From an uncultured Alphaproteobacteria bacterium (GTDB taxonomy: Bacteria > Pseudomonadota > Alphaproteobacteria > GCA-002720895): a stretch of 39,963 bases of DNA. This document shows, piece after piece, positions 38,427-39,963 of this stretch. The translations under genes and the position numbers were made by a program. The first letter of the stretch is position 1; each line of letters starts with the position of its first letter. A model generated the notes under the pieces. The model was given only the letters and a program-made list of their open reading frames with translations, was not told the origin of the DNA and did no database searches. Location of the stretch: the NCBI GenBank assembly GCA_964405695.1, contig CAYOOR010000112.1, positions 1 to 39,963 of the forward strand, in the 5' to 3' direction.

Positions 38427-39385
38427 TTTTTAATCATTCTAATTATAGTGCAGTGATCTTCTCTTGCTATCTCATATTGAGAATTATTTAATTTTTTAGT
38501 TTTTTTATCTAAAAAAGTTGAACTTGTAAAACCAATTTTAATATTTAATTTTCTTAAAACTCTTAAAGTGTTTTGATTATAAGAACTACAAGGATGAGAC
38601 ATAGATAATATCTCACTATCATTGCATCCGAGAATATTAGAAAGAAATTTCTTATTATTTCTATATTCCCTCATTTGCTCATTATAATTTAATTTTTCTA
38701 ATAAATATGGATGTGTATGGGAATGCATTCCTATTATATGTCCTAAATCTTTTAATTTTCTTAAATTTTGATTACTCATATATAAAAATTTATAAAATTT
38801 ATTTATATCAAAAGATTTTATGAAGAACATTTCATTCATTAAATTTCTGTATTCATTCTTACTTAAAAGATTATCTCTTAATAATCTAAATTTAATATCA
38901 TTTATGGAATAATGAGGAAATTTTTTTTTTGTTAAATTTATCAAAGATTTTTTTTTATCAAAAAAATTATCAATATTTTTTTTACAAATTTTAAAAAATA
39001 AAAAATAAAATTCATCGATAGTTTTAAAAAATTTTGTTCTAAAATATCTATAAACCTCAATCATATCTGATTTACTTCTCGTAATTGAAGATTGAATAAA
39101 AAAAAAACTCTTAATTCTGAAATCTTCTATTACTGGGAGTGCTACATCAAATTGACTCTTAATACCATCGTCGAAAGTTAAACACAAATTATTCTTTTTT
39201 AATTTATTTTCATTAAGTCGTAACATAAATTCTTTTGCGTCCAAAATATTTTTTCTACCGACAAACTTAATTAATTTATATAATTCTTCTTTTGTAATTG
39301 CTCCTTGAGATTTGATATGCATTCTTTTATCACAAAAGTGATGAAACATTATCCCATGAAAAAAATTATTTTTTTTTTGATACAT
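38423..39385 (-). CDS. Polysaccharide deacetylase (NodB-homology) family protein
   Basis: 320 aa. Motifs: LTFDDGIKSQFDVALP and MHSHTHP. It overlaps the downstream gene as ATGA. Confidence 0.7.
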   Translation of the reverse strand: MYQKKNNFFHGIMFHHFCDKRMHIKSQGAITKEELYKLIKFVGRKNILDAKEFMLRLNENKLKKNNLCLTFDDGIKSQFDVALPVIEDFRIKSFFFIQSSITRSKSDMIEVYRYFRTKFFKTIDEFYFLFFKICKKNIDNFFDKKKSLINLTKKKFPHYSINDIKFRLLRDNLLSKNEYRNLMNEMFFIKSFDINKFYKFLYMSNQNLRKLKDLGHIIGMHSHTHPYLLEKLNYNEQMREYRNNKKFLSNILGCNDSEILSMSHPCSSYNQNTLRVLRKLNIKIGFTSSTFLDKKTKKLNNSQYEIAREDHCTIIRMIKK

Positions 39386-39458
39386 AAAATTAATATAAAT
39401 TCTAAAATTATTTCACATATATTTTTATAAATTTCTTTTTATAATTAAAAAATAAATA

Positions 39459-39963
39459 ATGTCCAAATTTAAAAAAATAATTTTACTTTCAATATTTTTA
39501 ATAATTTTTATATCTTTTTTTGTTTTTAATTTAGATGAATATTTCTCACTTGATTATATTAAAAAAAATAATGAAATAATATCTGAATATATCAATTCAA
39601 ATTATTATTATTAAATTATTTTATTTTATTTAATATTTTTAATTTCAATTTCTTTTTTTTACCAGTAATAGCAATAACAACAATTATACTAAGTTTTTTA
39701 TATGGTCCATTTATTAATATACCATTAAGCATATTAACAATAACTTTAGGAGGAACATTAAATTTTTATTTATTACGACAAATAAATTTTAATAAAATTT
39801 TTTTAAAGGCAAATAAAATTCTTAAAAAAATTAATTTTAAAATTAATGAAAACCAGTTTCAATACTCTCTTTTATTAAGATTCATACCAATACCGTATAT
39901 AATACAAAATGCAATTTTAGTTTTATTAAAAATAAAACCAAAAATTTTTGTAATATCAACGAT
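39459..39963 (+). pseudogene. TVP38/TMEM64 (DedA-related) membrane protein gene, apparently frameshifted; 3' end lies outside the window
   Basis: The ATG at 39459 gives MSKFKKIILLSIFLIIFISFFVFNLDEYFSLDYIKKNNEIISEYINSNYYY*, with the stop at 39612-39614. A second frame, open from 39587, continues LLLLNYFILF...FFFLPVIAITTIILSFLYGPF...LLLRFIPIPYIIQNAIL, which is typical of the family. Confidence 0.5.

Overview
This is a very AT-rich window, roughly a quarter G+C or less by eye, with Lys/Asn/Ile-rich proteins. It looks like a streamlined alphaproteobacterium of the Pelagibacterales (SAR11) type. The + strand carries only the 3' end of groEL (1-422) and a disrupted TVP38/DedA-like gene at the far right (39459-end). 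Everything between (428-39385) is one block of about 37 tightly packed minus-strand genes plus a 5S rRNA and an initiator tRNA-Met. The block is a cell-surface glycan island. It holds two sets of nonulosonic-acid genes (legionaminic/sialic-like: NeuB x2, NeuC x2, a LegB/LegC/NeuD-like trio, a CMP-transferase and a CBS-nucleotidyltransferase). It also holds two WbpG/PseA-type N-acetyl-sugar amidotransferases (one with HisH/HisF paralogs), three AsnB-type amidotransferases, RmlA/RmlB, KdsB, GT4 and GT-B-like transferases, an FkbM methyltransferase, an MsbA-like ABC exporter and two GT-C membrane glycosyltransferases. The most notable points are these. (1) An RfaH-like NusG paralog and an EPS-type MarR regulator sit at the head of a ~31 kb co-directional gene string, and an ops-like GCGGTAGC word lies in the leader. 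(2) The 5S rRNA and tRNA-fMet are interleaved with protein-coding genes at spacings too short for separate promoters. (3) At least five genes are disrupted: two by out-of-frame poly(A) tracts, two by in-frame TAA codons and one by a frameshift. No CRISPR array, integrase, transposase or recognisable defence system was seen. All functional calls come from motif recognition in the supplied translations, not from database searches.
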